From a virus, in IMG/VR virus record IMGVR_UViG_2872534562_000004, positions 203 through 64,202 of that record: 64,000 nucleotides of DNA. The stretch is one strand, 5' to 3'. How positions within the stretch are numbered: the first letter of the stretch is position 1; each line of letters starts with the position of its first letter. Made by a program: the position numbers and the translations under genes. Below the pieces are notes generated by a model. The model was not told where the DNA came from and searched no databases. It saw only the letters and a list, made by a program, of their open reading frames with translations. Below, piece by piece: positions 26,343 through 35,291 of this stretch.

Positions 26343-28661
26343 ATGCAGATCACTGAGAATGACCGCCAGTACATGAATGGCCTGCCACCGGCCGGCGACA
26401 CGCCGCTGACCGTGGACGAGTACGCCGACATCAACTACGAAATCGAGGACCAGCCCGCGTGGCGCGCCGTCGCCGACAAGGAAATGGATTACGCGGACGG
26501 GAACCAGCTCGACACCGACCTGCTGCGTCGCCAGCAGGCACTGGGCATCCCGCCCGCGGTAGAAGACCTGATTGGCCCGGCCCTGCTGTCCCTGCAAGGC
26601 TACGAGGCCGTCACTCGCACAGACTGGCGCGTGACGCCGAACGGTGACGTGGGTGGCCAGGACGTGGCCGACGCCCTGAACTACCGGCTGAACACGGCAG
26701 AGCGCCAGTCTGGTGCCGACCGCGCATGCTCCGAAGCGTTCCGGCCGCAGATCGCGTGCGGTATCGGCTGGGTAGAAGTCAGCCGCGAGTCGGACCCGTT
26801 CAAGTTCCCGTACCGCTGCCGGCCTATCCGCCGCGACGAAATTCACTGGGACATGAAGTGCGGCGACGACTGGGAGGCCTGCCGCTTCCTGCGCCGGCAG
26901 CGCTGGCTGTCACCTGATCGCATTGCCCTGGTGTTCCCGGAGCATGCCGAGCTGATCCGCATGGTAGGTAAGTACGGCAGCACCTGGTGGGGCCAGCCCG
27001 ATCTCGGAATGATGGAAGGCGGCACATCCACCGGTCTACACAACGCATGGAACGAGGCGCGGGCCTGGACCGTGCAGGAGGACCGCTGGTACAACCCAAG
27101 CAGCAAGGAAATCTGCCTGGTGGAACTCTGGTATCGCCGCTGGGTGCAGGTCCACGTCCTGAAATCGCCCGATGGCCGAGTCGTCGAGTACGACCCGAAC
27201 AACCTGGCGCACAACATCGCGCTGGCGTCCGGCCGCATTTCACCGAAGAAGGTGACGGTATCCCGCGTGCGCCGCTCCTACTGGCTCGGGCCGCACTGCC
27301 TGCACGATGGGCCGAGCCCATACACACATCGCCACTTCCCCTACGTCCCGTTCTTCGGTTTCCGCGAGGATGCCACCGGAATTCCATACGGGTACGTGCG
27401 CGGCATGAAGTACGCCCAGGACAGCCTGAATAGCGGTATGTCCAAGCTCCGCTGGGGCATGAGCGTCACTCGAGTGGAGCGTACCAAGGGCGCGGTGGAC
27501 ATGACCGACGCCCAACTACGCCGGCAGATCGCACGTCCGGATGCCGACATCGTGCTGAACGCTGAGCACTTCGCAAGCAACAGGGGCGCTCGCTTCGAGG
27601 TAAAGCGCGACTACACCCTGACCGACCAGCATTTCCAGATGCTCCAGGACAACCGCGCCACCATCGAGCGCGTAAGCAACATCACGGCCGGTTTCCAAGG
27701 GCGCAAAGGCACGGCCACTAGCGGCATCCAGGAACAGCAGCAGATCGAGCAGAGCAACCAGTCAATTGGCCGGATCATGGACAACTTCCGCGCCGGCCGG
27801 ACCCTGGTGGGCGAACTGCTGCTGGCAATGATCGTCGAGGACATCGGCCAGGAGCGCACTGAGGTTGTTATCGAAGGCGATGCCGTGACCGCCGATCGTG
27901 TCGTGGTGCTCAACGAGCCGCAGCGCGATCCGCAGACCGGCGCCGCCTACCTGTCCAATGATCTGCTGCGCACTCGGATCAAGGTCGCCCTCGAGGACGT
28001 TCCCAGCACCAACAGCTACCGCGGCCAGCAGCTCAACGCGATGTCCGAGGCCGTCAAGAGCATGCCGCCGCAGTACCAGGCCGCTGTCCTGCCGTTCCTG
28101 GTCAGCCTCATGGACGTGCCGTTCAAGCGCGACGTGGTGGAGGCCATCCGAGCCGTTGATCAACAGCAGACCCCGGAGCAGATCCAGCAGCAGATCGACC
28201 AGGCCGTGCAGGACGCCCTGGCCAAGGCCGGAAACGACATCAAGCTGCGCGAACTGGAGATCAAGGAGCGCAAGACGGATAGCGAAATCAGTGGGCTGAA
28301 CGCCAAGGCAGTGCAGATCGGGGTGCAGGCCGCATTCAGTGCCATGCAGGCCGGCGCCCAGATTGCGCAGATGCCGATGATCGCGCCGATCGCCGACGCC
28401 GTGATGCAGAGCGCTGGATACCAGCGCCCGAACCCTGCTGGTGACGACCCGAATTACCCCGTAGCCGACCAGACGGCGGCAATGAACATCAAGTCGCCCT
28501 ACATCCAAGGGCAGGGGCCGGCAGCAGCAGAAGCTGAGGCCGAGGAGGCTCCGGTACGCAGGAACACCAGCCCGACATATCCGCCGGTGCCGGCCGAAGC
28601 CCCGACCGGCCAGCGCGGAATAGAGACGCCGAGTACGGCTGACAACCTGCCGCAGCCCTGA
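26343..28661 (+). CDS. Portal protein (P22-like)
   Basis: 772 aa after terL; FPYVPFFG...YGYVRGMKYAQDSLN. Confidence 0.9.
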   Translation: MQITENDRQYMNGLPPAGDTPLTVDEYADINYEIEDQPAWRAVADKEMDYADGNQLDTDLLRRQQALGIPPAVEDLIGPALLSLQGYEAVTRTDWRVTPNGDVGGQDVADALNYRLNTAERQSGADRACSEAFRPQIACGIGWVEVSRESDPFKFPYRCRPIRRDEIHWDMKCGDDWEACRFLRRQRWLSPDRIALVFPEHAELIRMVGKYGSTWWGQPDLGMMEGGTSTGLHNAWNEARAWTVQEDRWYNPSSKEICLVELWYRRWVQVHVLKSPDGRVVEYDPNNLAHNIALASGRISPKKVTVSRVRRSYWLGPHCLHDGPSPYTHRHFPYVPFFGFREDATGIPYGYVRGMKYAQDSLNSGMSKLRWGMSVTRVERTKGAVDMTDAQLRRQIARPDADIVLNAEHFASNRGARFEVKRDYTLTDQHFQMLQDNRATIERVSNITAGFQGRKGTATSGIQEQQQIEQSNQSIGRIMDNFRAGRTLVGELLLAMIVEDIGQERTEVVIEGDAVTADRVVVLNEPQRDPQTGAAYLSNDLLRTRIKVALEDVPSTNSYRGQQLNAMSEAVKSMPPQYQAAVLPFLVSLMDVPFKRDVVEAIRAVDQQQTPEQIQQQIDQAVQDALAKAGNDIKLRELEIKERKTDSEISGLNAKAVQIGVQAAFSAMQAGAQIAQMPMIAPIADAVMQSAGYQRPNPAGDDPNYPVADQTAAMNIKSPYIQGQGPAAAEAEAEEAPVRRNTSPTYPPVPAEAPTGQRGIETPSTADNLPQP

Positions 28662-28846
28662 CACACCTCCGCTACAACTCGCCAACCTGAAACCCTACCG
28701 GGCCACCCCCTGTAGGGTTTCGTTCTTCCTGCACCTGTCTCCGACACTGCCGCCCAAGCCAAGGCGTCTCCGAACGCCGGCGAGACGCGGAGTAATCCGC
28801 ATTGCTGATGACCCTTGCGGCCACGGCGATATGTGGCGGGATAGGC

Positions 28847-29938
28847 ATGAAAAAAGACGAGCTTTTCCAAGAGATAGACGGTGGACGGCCGACACCCGAA
28901 CAGGCTGCCAGGATGATTGAACTGGCAATGGGCGATACCAGCAATTTCATGCTGGACAGCGACGAGCCCAACGTCGCAGCCGACGCGGGTGCCGGCGATG
29001 CTGGCGAGGCCAGCGCCGATGCCGCCGATCAGGCAGACAACACCGAACAGAACACCGACGCGCAGCAGGGCGCGGGTGACGCCGGCGCTTCGGCTGGTGG
29101 CGACCAACAGGGCAAGACGCCCGACGCCAAAGAGCTAAACGCCGAGAACGCCGTGATCCTGGCCAAGGACGGCAAGCACACCATCGGCTACGAGAAGCTG
29201 GTGGAAGCGAGACAGGGAGAACAGCACTGGAAAGCCCAGGCCCAGGCCGCGCAGGCAGAGCTACAACGCCTGCGGGATGAGGCAGCAGCGCGTGCCACGG
29301 CAGGCGAGGCCCCGACGTCGCAGGACAACCAACTGGCGGCGGCTCAGGCTGCCATGGATCAGGGGGTTGACCCGGCGATCTTCGGAGACTTCAGCGAGGA
29401 AGCGCTGGCCGCAGGCATCCAGAAGCTGATCGACGCGAAAGTGGAAGCGCGCGTGAGCGCACTCGTGGACCAGAAGCTGGCACCGATCCAGAAGAAGGAA
29501 GCCGAGAGCGCCGCGAGCGCCCACCTGAATGCGATCTACGAGGCCCACCCGGACGCCGACTCCATTGCGGAGAGCAAGGAGTTCGGGGACTGGGTGGCGT
29601 CCCGTCCGTCCTATGAGCGCGCGAGCATCGCCAAGGTGCTGGAAGCCGGCACCGCGGCCGATGTCATCGAACTGTTCGGTTCGTTCAAGTCCGCCACCGG
29701 AAACGCTCAGCAGTCGCAGCAGCAGCCGAACGCGCAAGATGCGAAGGCTGCGGCCCAGGCTGCCATCAACAAAGCCAAGACCGAACCGCCGGCCAGTCTC
29801 TCGGATATCCCGGGCGGCAAGCCTCCGGCTGGCAACCGATTCGAGGCCATCGCCGCAATGGATCCGGCATCCATGTCGGACGCCCTGCGCGGCATGAGCC
29901 CCGATCAGGTCGAGGCATTCCTGAACCGGAACATGTAA
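28847..29938 (+). CDS. Capsid scaffolding protein
   Basis: Acidic, Ala/Gln-rich helical protein between portal and capsid. Confidence 0.8.
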   Translation: MKKDELFQEIDGGRPTPEQAARMIELAMGDTSNFMLDSDEPNVAADAGAGDAGEASADAADQADNTEQNTDAQQGAGDAGASAGGDQQGKTPDAKELNAENAVILAKDGKHTIGYEKLVEARQGEQHWKAQAQAAQAELQRLRDEAAARATAGEAPTSQDNQLAAAQAAMDQGVDPAIFGDFSEEALAAGIQKLIDAKVEARVSALVDQKLAPIQKKEAESAASAHLNAIYEAHPDADSIAESKEFGDWVASRPSYERASIAKVLEAGTAADVIELFGSFKSATGNAQQSQQQPNAQDAKAAAQAAINKAKTEPPASLSDIPGGKPPAGNRFEAIAAMDPASMSDALRGMSPDQVEAFLNRNM

Positions 29939-29950
29939 GGGAGCTACCCC

Positions 29951-31243
29951 ATGACCGCAAGCAAAACCACCATGCGTTACGGTGATCCGAACGCGATGAT
30001 CCAACAGGCCGCCGGCTTGTTCGCGCTCTGCCAGGGCCGTAACTCGACCCTGAACCGCCTGACCGGCAAGATGCCGAGCGGCACCAGCGACGCCGAGAAG
30101 AAGACCAAGGGCCAGTCGAGCCTGGAGCTTCCCATCGTCCAGGCCCAGGACCTGGGCCGCAACAAGGGCGACGAGGTGCGTTTCCACTTCGTGCAGCCGG
30201 CGAACGCCTTCCCGATCATGGGTAGCGAGTACGCCGAGGGCAAGGGCACTGGCCTGAAGATCGGCAGCGACCAACTGCGCGTCAACCAAGCCCGCTTCCC
30301 GGTGGACCTGGGCGATGTGATGTCGCAGATTCGCAACCCCTACGACCTACGCCGCCTCGGCCGTCCGAAGGCGAAGTGGTTCATGGACGCCTACCTGGAC
30401 CAGTCCATGCTGGTTCACCTGGCCGGCGCCCGTGGTAACCACTACAACAAGGAGTGGTGCCTCCCGCTGGAGACGCACCCGAAGCTGGCTGACATGCTGG
30501 TCAACCGCGTCAAGGCGCCGACCAAGAACCGTCACTTCGTGGCCAGCGCCGATGCCATCACTGGCGTTGCGCCGAATGCGGGGGAGTACAACATCACCAC
30601 CGCCGACGTGCTGGACGTGGATGTGGTCGACTCCATCGCCACCTACATGGACCAGATCGAGCTGCCGCCGCCGCCCGTGAAGTTCGAGGGCGACGAGGCC
30701 GCCGAGGATTCGCCGATCCGCGTCCTGCTGTGCTCGCCGGCCCAGTACAACAGCTTCGCAAAGCAGGAGAAGTTCCGTAGTTGGCAGGCTGCCGCACTGG
30801 CACGCGCGTCGAACGCCAAGCAGCACCCGATCTTCCGCGTCGATGCGGGCCTGTGGTCCAACACCCTCATCATCAAGATGCCGAAGCCGATCCGCTTCTA
30901 CGCGGGCGACACCATCAAGTATTGCGCCGACTACAACTCGGAAGCCGAGTCGAGCGCCGTGGTGCCGGATAGCTTCGGCAATCAGTACGCGGTGGACCGC
31001 GCCCTGCTGCTGGGCGGTCAGGCCCTGGCGCAAGCCTGGGCGGCTTCCGAGCACTCCGGCATGCCGTTCTTCTGGTCCGAGAAGGACATGGACCACGGCG
31101 ACAAGCTGGAACTGCTGATCGGCGCGATCCTCGGCTGCTCCAAGATTCGTTTCGCCGTCGAGGCGACCAACGGCCTGGAGTACACCGACCACGGCGTGAT
31201 GGCGATCGACACCGCGGTCAAGATCATCGGCCCCCGCAAGTAA
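29951..31243 (+). CDS. Major capsid protein (DUF4043/N4-gp56-like)
   Basis: DLGRNKGDEV...IMGSEYAEGKG...DHGVMAIDTA; strong codon bias. Confidence 0.9.
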   Translation: MTASKTTMRYGDPNAMIQQAAGLFALCQGRNSTLNRLTGKMPSGTSDAEKKTKGQSSLELPIVQAQDLGRNKGDEVRFHFVQPANAFPIMGSEYAEGKGTGLKIGSDQLRVNQARFPVDLGDVMSQIRNPYDLRRLGRPKAKWFMDAYLDQSMLVHLAGARGNHYNKEWCLPLETHPKLADMLVNRVKAPTKNRHFVASADAITGVAPNAGEYNITTADVLDVDVVDSIATYMDQIELPPPPVKFEGDEAAEDSPIRVLLCSPAQYNSFAKQEKFRSWQAAALARASNAKQHPIFRVDAGLWSNTLIIKMPKPIRFYAGDTIKYCADYNSEAESSAVVPDSFGNQYAVDRALLLGGQALAQAWAASEHSGMPFFWSEKDMDHGDKLELLIGAILGCSKIRFAVEATNGLEYTDHGVMAIDTAVKIIGPRK

Positions 31244-31301
31244 GCGACAAGGGTCGGTGATCCCGGCCCTTTCCTTCGTCCAGATTGAAAGGAGGCCCGT
31301 T

Positions 31302-31781
31302 ATGGCCCAGTACAAGACCATCCCGCTCGGCGGCCAGTTCGGCGGTGTCACGCCGTATGGCAACCTGACCACCCTGCGTTACCAGCTCGCGACCAACGCG
31401 GCCGGCGTTCTGCTCAACAGCAATGCCGCCGCCGCGCTGGCGGTTGGAGATGTCGTGGCGTTCGAGTTCCCGTTGCCCGCCGGCTTCGTCGCCGAAGACC
31501 TGCAACTGGTGATTTCCGACCACTTCGGTGCCGGCGTGACCGCTGACGTGGGCTTTGCCTACGCCGACGGCGTGGACGACGCGACCTATCCGCAGGACGC
31601 CGCGTATTTCGGCGCTGGCCTGCTGCTGTCGGCCGCTGCGCGCCTGCGCACCAGTTCCAGCAAGGCGCTGTTCGCGCTGCCCAAGGACGCCAACCTGGTT
31701 ATCACCATCAAAGGCGCTGCCGTCGCGGAGGCGGGCAAGCTCCAGGTGATCGTCCACGGCGAGCGCCTCGGCGCAGTCTAA
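31302..31781 (+). CDS. Probable capsid decoration protein
   Basis: Beta-rich, Ala/Gly-rich; directly after capsid gene; SD AGGAGG. Confidence 0.7.
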   Translation: MAQYKTIPLGGQFGGVTPYGNLTTLRYQLATNAAGVLLNSNAAAALAVGDVVAFEFPLPAGFVAEDLQLVISDHFGAGVTADVGFAYADGVDDATYPQDAAYFGAGLLLSAAARLRTSSSKALFALPKDANLVITIKGAAVAEAGKLQVIVHGERLGAV

Positions 31782-31845
31782 GCGCCGCCGCCACCCGAAG
31801 GGCCGGCCCGTGCTGGCCCTTCTGTCACGCAGGAGTAGGACATTC

Positions 31846-32718
31846 ATGAAACCCATCCTCATCGCCACCATCGCCCACGCGATCAATTCCGCCTACTGCC
31901 TCGCCATCGGCGACAAGGTGGCACCACCGTTCGCCGAGTGCCCGGAAGACATGCAGCGCGGCATCCTGGCCGGCGTGCAACTCCACCTGGACAACCCAGA
32001 CACCACCCCCGAGCAGTCCCATGAGTCCTGGCTGGCGGACAAGCTGGCCAACGGCTGGGTCCATGGCGAGGTCAAGGACTTCGAGGCGAAGACGCACCCG
32101 TGCTGCGTTCCCTACGCCGAGTTGCCCGAGTCGCAGAAGGTCAAGGACTATCTGTTCCGCGCCGTGGTTCATGCACTCAAGGACATCCCGGACGCCGGGA
32201 GCCAGGACGCCGACGCGCGCGTGGCTGAGTTGCAAGACCAACTCAACGAGGTGCTGGGCAAGAATGCGGCCCTGGTGGCGCAGATGGCGAGCGACGGCGT
32301 GCCCATGCTGGATAACGGCGTGCCCATCAAGTACATCGGACCGCGGGAAAGCTTCACCGACCGCCTGTATGGCTCCGGGCTGATGTTCACCCAAGGGCAG
32401 GTGCGTAGCGTGCCCGGCGATCTGGCGCGTCGATTCCTCAACCATCGCGACCTGTTCGAGCGCTCCACCGGCCCCGCGCCGGCCGGCGACGACACCAAGC
32501 AGGTGATCGCGCAGGCTCAGCAGGCCCAGCAGGAGCGCGCTCGCAAGGAGGAAGACCTATCGGCCCTGCACCGGGAGGTGGACAACTTCGCCGACTTCAC
32601 CAGCCTGGCGGCATTCGCCAAGGACCGCTACGGCCTGAACCTGGTCAAGCAGCACGGCTTGGCGCGTTCCCGTGATGCCGTCCACGCGCGCATCGACCAG
32701 TTCGGTGGCGCGGTATGA
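31846..32718 (+). CDS. RyR-domain protein
   Basis: HESWLADKLANGWVHGEVKD..KTHPCCVPYAELPESQKVKD. Confidence 0.85.
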   Translation: MKPILIATIAHAINSAYCLAIGDKVAPPFAECPEDMQRGILAGVQLHLDNPDTTPEQSHESWLADKLANGWVHGEVKDFEAKTHPCCVPYAELPESQKVKDYLFRAVVHALKDIPDAGSQDADARVAELQDQLNEVLGKNAALVAQMASDGVPMLDNGVPIKYIGPRESFTDRLYGSGLMFTQGQVRSVPGDLARRFLNHRDLFERSTGPAPAGDDTKQVIAQAQQAQQERARKEEDLSALHREVDNFADFTSLAAFAKDRYGLNLVKQHGLARSRDAVHARIDQFGGAV

Positions 32719-33392
32719 CGCTGGCCGACCTGATCCGCCGAGTTCGCACGGACGCGAACGACATGGTGGAGCCGTATTTCTGGTCGGACCAGGACGTGGC
32801 CGACTGGCTCAACGACGCAGTGCGCGAAGCCGCCGTGCGCGGCAGGCTGATCCACGAGAGCCAGGCCGACGCCGTGTGCCGCACCGAGGTGGTCGCCGGA
32901 ACTGCCGTCTACCAGTTGCATGCGTCGCTATACGAACTGTCGCACCTGGGCTTCTACCCGGCCGATATGTCGCGCCCGACCATGCCGGTGCTGAAGTCGG
33001 CCGAGGTGCTGGACGTGGAGCTGCCGGAATGGCGCGCATGCACCGGCAAGCCGCTGTACGCCATCCAGGGCGACACTTCGCTGCGCCTGGTGCCAACCCC
33101 CGACCGGGCTGGCATTCTGCGCGTGGAGGGCTACCGCACGCCCCTGGCTGACATGGCGCTGGCCGACAAGGACACCGCGCAGCCGGAGATTCACGCCGAG
33201 CACCACCGGCATCTGGTCCAGTGGGCGCTGCATCGCGGCTTCAGCATCCCCGACATGGAGTCGTTCGATCCGAACCGCGCCGCGCTGGCCGAAGCCGCTT
33301 TCACGGCCTACTTCGGCGAGCGCCCCGACTCCGACCTGCGGCGCATCACCCGTGAGGATGTTCCTCACCATGTAGAGGCATTCTGGCCATGA
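32715..33392 (+). CDS. Head-tail adaptor protein
   Basis: MTLADLIRRVR..ANDMVEPYFWSD...WLNDA; LRLVPTPD. Confidence 0.8.
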   Translation: MTLADLIRRVRTDANDMVEPYFWSDQDVADWLNDAVREAAVRGRLIHESQADAVCRTEVVAGTAVYQLHASLYELSHLGFYPADMSRPTMPVLKSAEVLDVELPEWRACTGKPLYAIQGDTSLRLVPTPDRAGILRVEGYRTPLADMALADKDTAQPEIHAEHHRHLVQWALHRGFSIPDMESFDPNRAALAEAAFTAYFGERPDSDLRRITREDVPHHVEAFWP

Positions 33393-33595
33393 GCAAGAAG
33401 ATGAGCGTGGACCTGAAGGTCGGAGAGGTACTGCTGATCGATGGTACTGCCATCCGCCTGGAAAAGAAGTCCGGGCAGGTGGCGCGCCTGCAGATTTCGG
33501 CCGACGAAGGCACCGTTATTCAAAACCCCGCAGCAGCGCGCAGGAGTGCGCTCCAAGACCTGGAGCACACCCCTGATGGCAAATACCCTCTATGA
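33389..33595 (+). CDS. Divergent CsrA-fold protein
   Basis: DLKVGEVLLIDG.AIRLEKKSGQVARLQISAD aligns by eye to CsrA beta1-beta5. Confidence 0.6.
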   Translation: MSKKMSVDLKVGEVLLIDGTAIRLEKKSGQVARLQISADEGTVIQNPAAARRSALQDLEHTPDGKYPL

Positions 33596-33983
33596 CTATG
33601 CCCGCCAGCGCTTCCTGGAGGGCCAGTTCAACTGGATGACCGACACGATCAAGGTGATCCTGGTCGATACCGGCGCCTACACGCCGCAGACTGCGATCCA
33701 CCAGTACCTGTCGGATATCCCGTCGTCGTCCCGGATCGCTGGCCCGGTCACTCTTACCGCGAAGACCACCACTGGCGGCGCCGCCGACGGTGCGGATGTG
33801 ACGTTCACCAGTGTGTCCGGCGCGAGCATCGAGGCAATCATCATCTACAAGGACACCGGTACCGAGTCCACCAGCCCGCTGATTGCATTCATCGACACGG
33901 CTACCGGCCTGCCGATCACCCCCAACGGCGGCGACATCATCGTCACCTGGGATAACGGCACCAACAAAATCTTCAAGGTCTGA
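33576..33983 (+). CDS. Virion structural protein
   Basis: MANTLYD...IKVILVD...PITPNGGDIIVTWDNG. Confidence 0.8.
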   Translation: MANTLYDYARQRFLEGQFNWMTDTIKVILVDTGAYTPQTAIHQYLSDIPSSSRIAGPVTLTAKTTTGGAADGADVTFTSVSGASIEAIIIYKDTGTESTSPLIAFIDTATGLPITPNGGDIIVTWDNGTNKIFKV

Positions 33984-34006
33984 GCGCCTGCGCGCAGGAG
34001 TGCGAA

Positions 34007-34432
34007 ATGCAAGGGCATCAACACCCGCACGAGAAGAATGCCGACTGTCACTGCGTGGCATGCCGGCCGCTTGAACGCCCCTGTGATTGTGAGGGCTGCA
34101 TGAGGCTGATGAGTGGCTCGGGCAAGCCGCCAGCGCAGGGTATCGGTGTCAAGGGTATCGAGCCCAGGCCCATTGAACTGACGCCGAGCCAGGAAATGTA
34201 CGTCAACTGGAAGGCTGTAGGCGCCTTGCCTCCGTTCCAGATGTTCGTTCACGAGCAGGCTCCATGTCCGCCCGACCGCTGCCAGCAGCAGTGGGCTATC
34301 GACTACGGTGTGCGCTACGGCGCCCAGGTCGGAGACAGGGTGCTGCTGGAGCGCTATGCCCAGTGGCACCAGGCGAAAGGCTACTGGCCAGACGAAACGA
34401 TCCTCGGTCAACCGGTTGAAGGAGCGAATTAA
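34007..34432 (+). CDS. Hypothetical protein with Cys/His-rich N-terminus
   Basis: CHCVAC...CDCEGC; SD AGGAG within a hairpin. Confidence 0.65.
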   Translation: MQGHQHPHEKNADCHCVACRPLERPCDCEGCMRLMSGSGKPPAQGIGVKGIEPRPIELTPSQEMYVNWKAVGALPPFQMFVHEQAPCPPDRCQQQWAIDYGVRYGAQVGDRVLLERYAQWHQAKGYWPDETILGQPVEGAN

Positions 34433-35289
34433 TGGCCGACACCATCGACCTGGACGGCGAAAAATTCGTCTCTCCATCATTCGTCACCAGTGCGACATCG
34501 CTCGACGACATCTATACCGCCTGGGTGGCCGACTTCCAAGGCTCAACGACTGCCTATAACCCTAGCTGGCCGAGCACCGATGATAGTGCGACGCTGCTAC
34601 CAATCCCGCCGTTGTGGACCGGCGGGGCCGATAGGTTGGTTGTTTCAACCGAGTGCGGTGTGGAGATTGTCCCCTACCAGTTCACCTCGGCCAGTACGCA
34701 CTACTCACAGGCGATCGCAGGAGTTAGCCGGTACTACTCGATCAACTGCGGGCTGCGCCTGGCGATTATCTTCCACCCGACTGGTGTCGACTCAGGTATT
34801 ACCAGCTTTTCGGGCAACTACAACGCCGACCTGGCGCTATTTCGCGGCACGCATAACCGATCCAGTGAAAACGTCCAATTCGTGGCGCGTGTCGTTCCGG
34901 GCAGGCAAATTGATGTGGCCATCAAGAACACCGCCCAAACTGCTGGACTCCCCATCAAGCTGGTGGTCCTCAACGGCACCACTGTGGTGTCTTCCACCGA
35001 CCTGACTACGATCGTTCAGGGTGGTGTCACACTGGTGACATGCTCCATCTACGGTGGAACCGTCTCGGGCACCGTCGTGGACCAGGCTGGCCAGCCTGCT
35101 ACCCGCATCGTCCATGTTCACGAGCGCGAAACAGGGTCGGTGATCGGTAGAGGACGCAGCGACTCATCAGGTCTGTTCGAAATTCCGGTCATCGCGAAGG
35201 TGGGTACCACCATGTACGTAGTCGGCCTGGACGATGAGAACTCGCCGCTGATCAACGCTGTGATCGCCGATCGCATCGTGCTGGAGTAG
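34432..35289 (+). CDS. Probable tail tip/receptor-binding protein
   Basis: Beta-rich; C-terminal VSGTV...RIVHVHERETG...NAVIADRI; weaker codon bias. Confidence 0.65.
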   Translation: MADTIDLDGEKFVSPSFVTSATSLDDIYTAWVADFQGSTTAYNPSWPSTDDSATLLPIPPLWTGGADRLVVSTECGVEIVPYQFTSASTHYSQAIAGVSRYYSINCGLRLAIIFHPTGVDSGITSFSGNYNADLALFRGTHNRSSENVQFVARVVPGRQIDVAIKNTAQTAGLPIKLVVLNGTTVVSSTDLTTIVQGGVTLVTCSIYGGTVSGTVVDQAGQPATRIVHVHERETGSVIGRGRSDSSGLFEIPVIAKVGTTMYVVGLDDENSPLINAVIADRIVLE

Positions 35290-35291
35290 CT

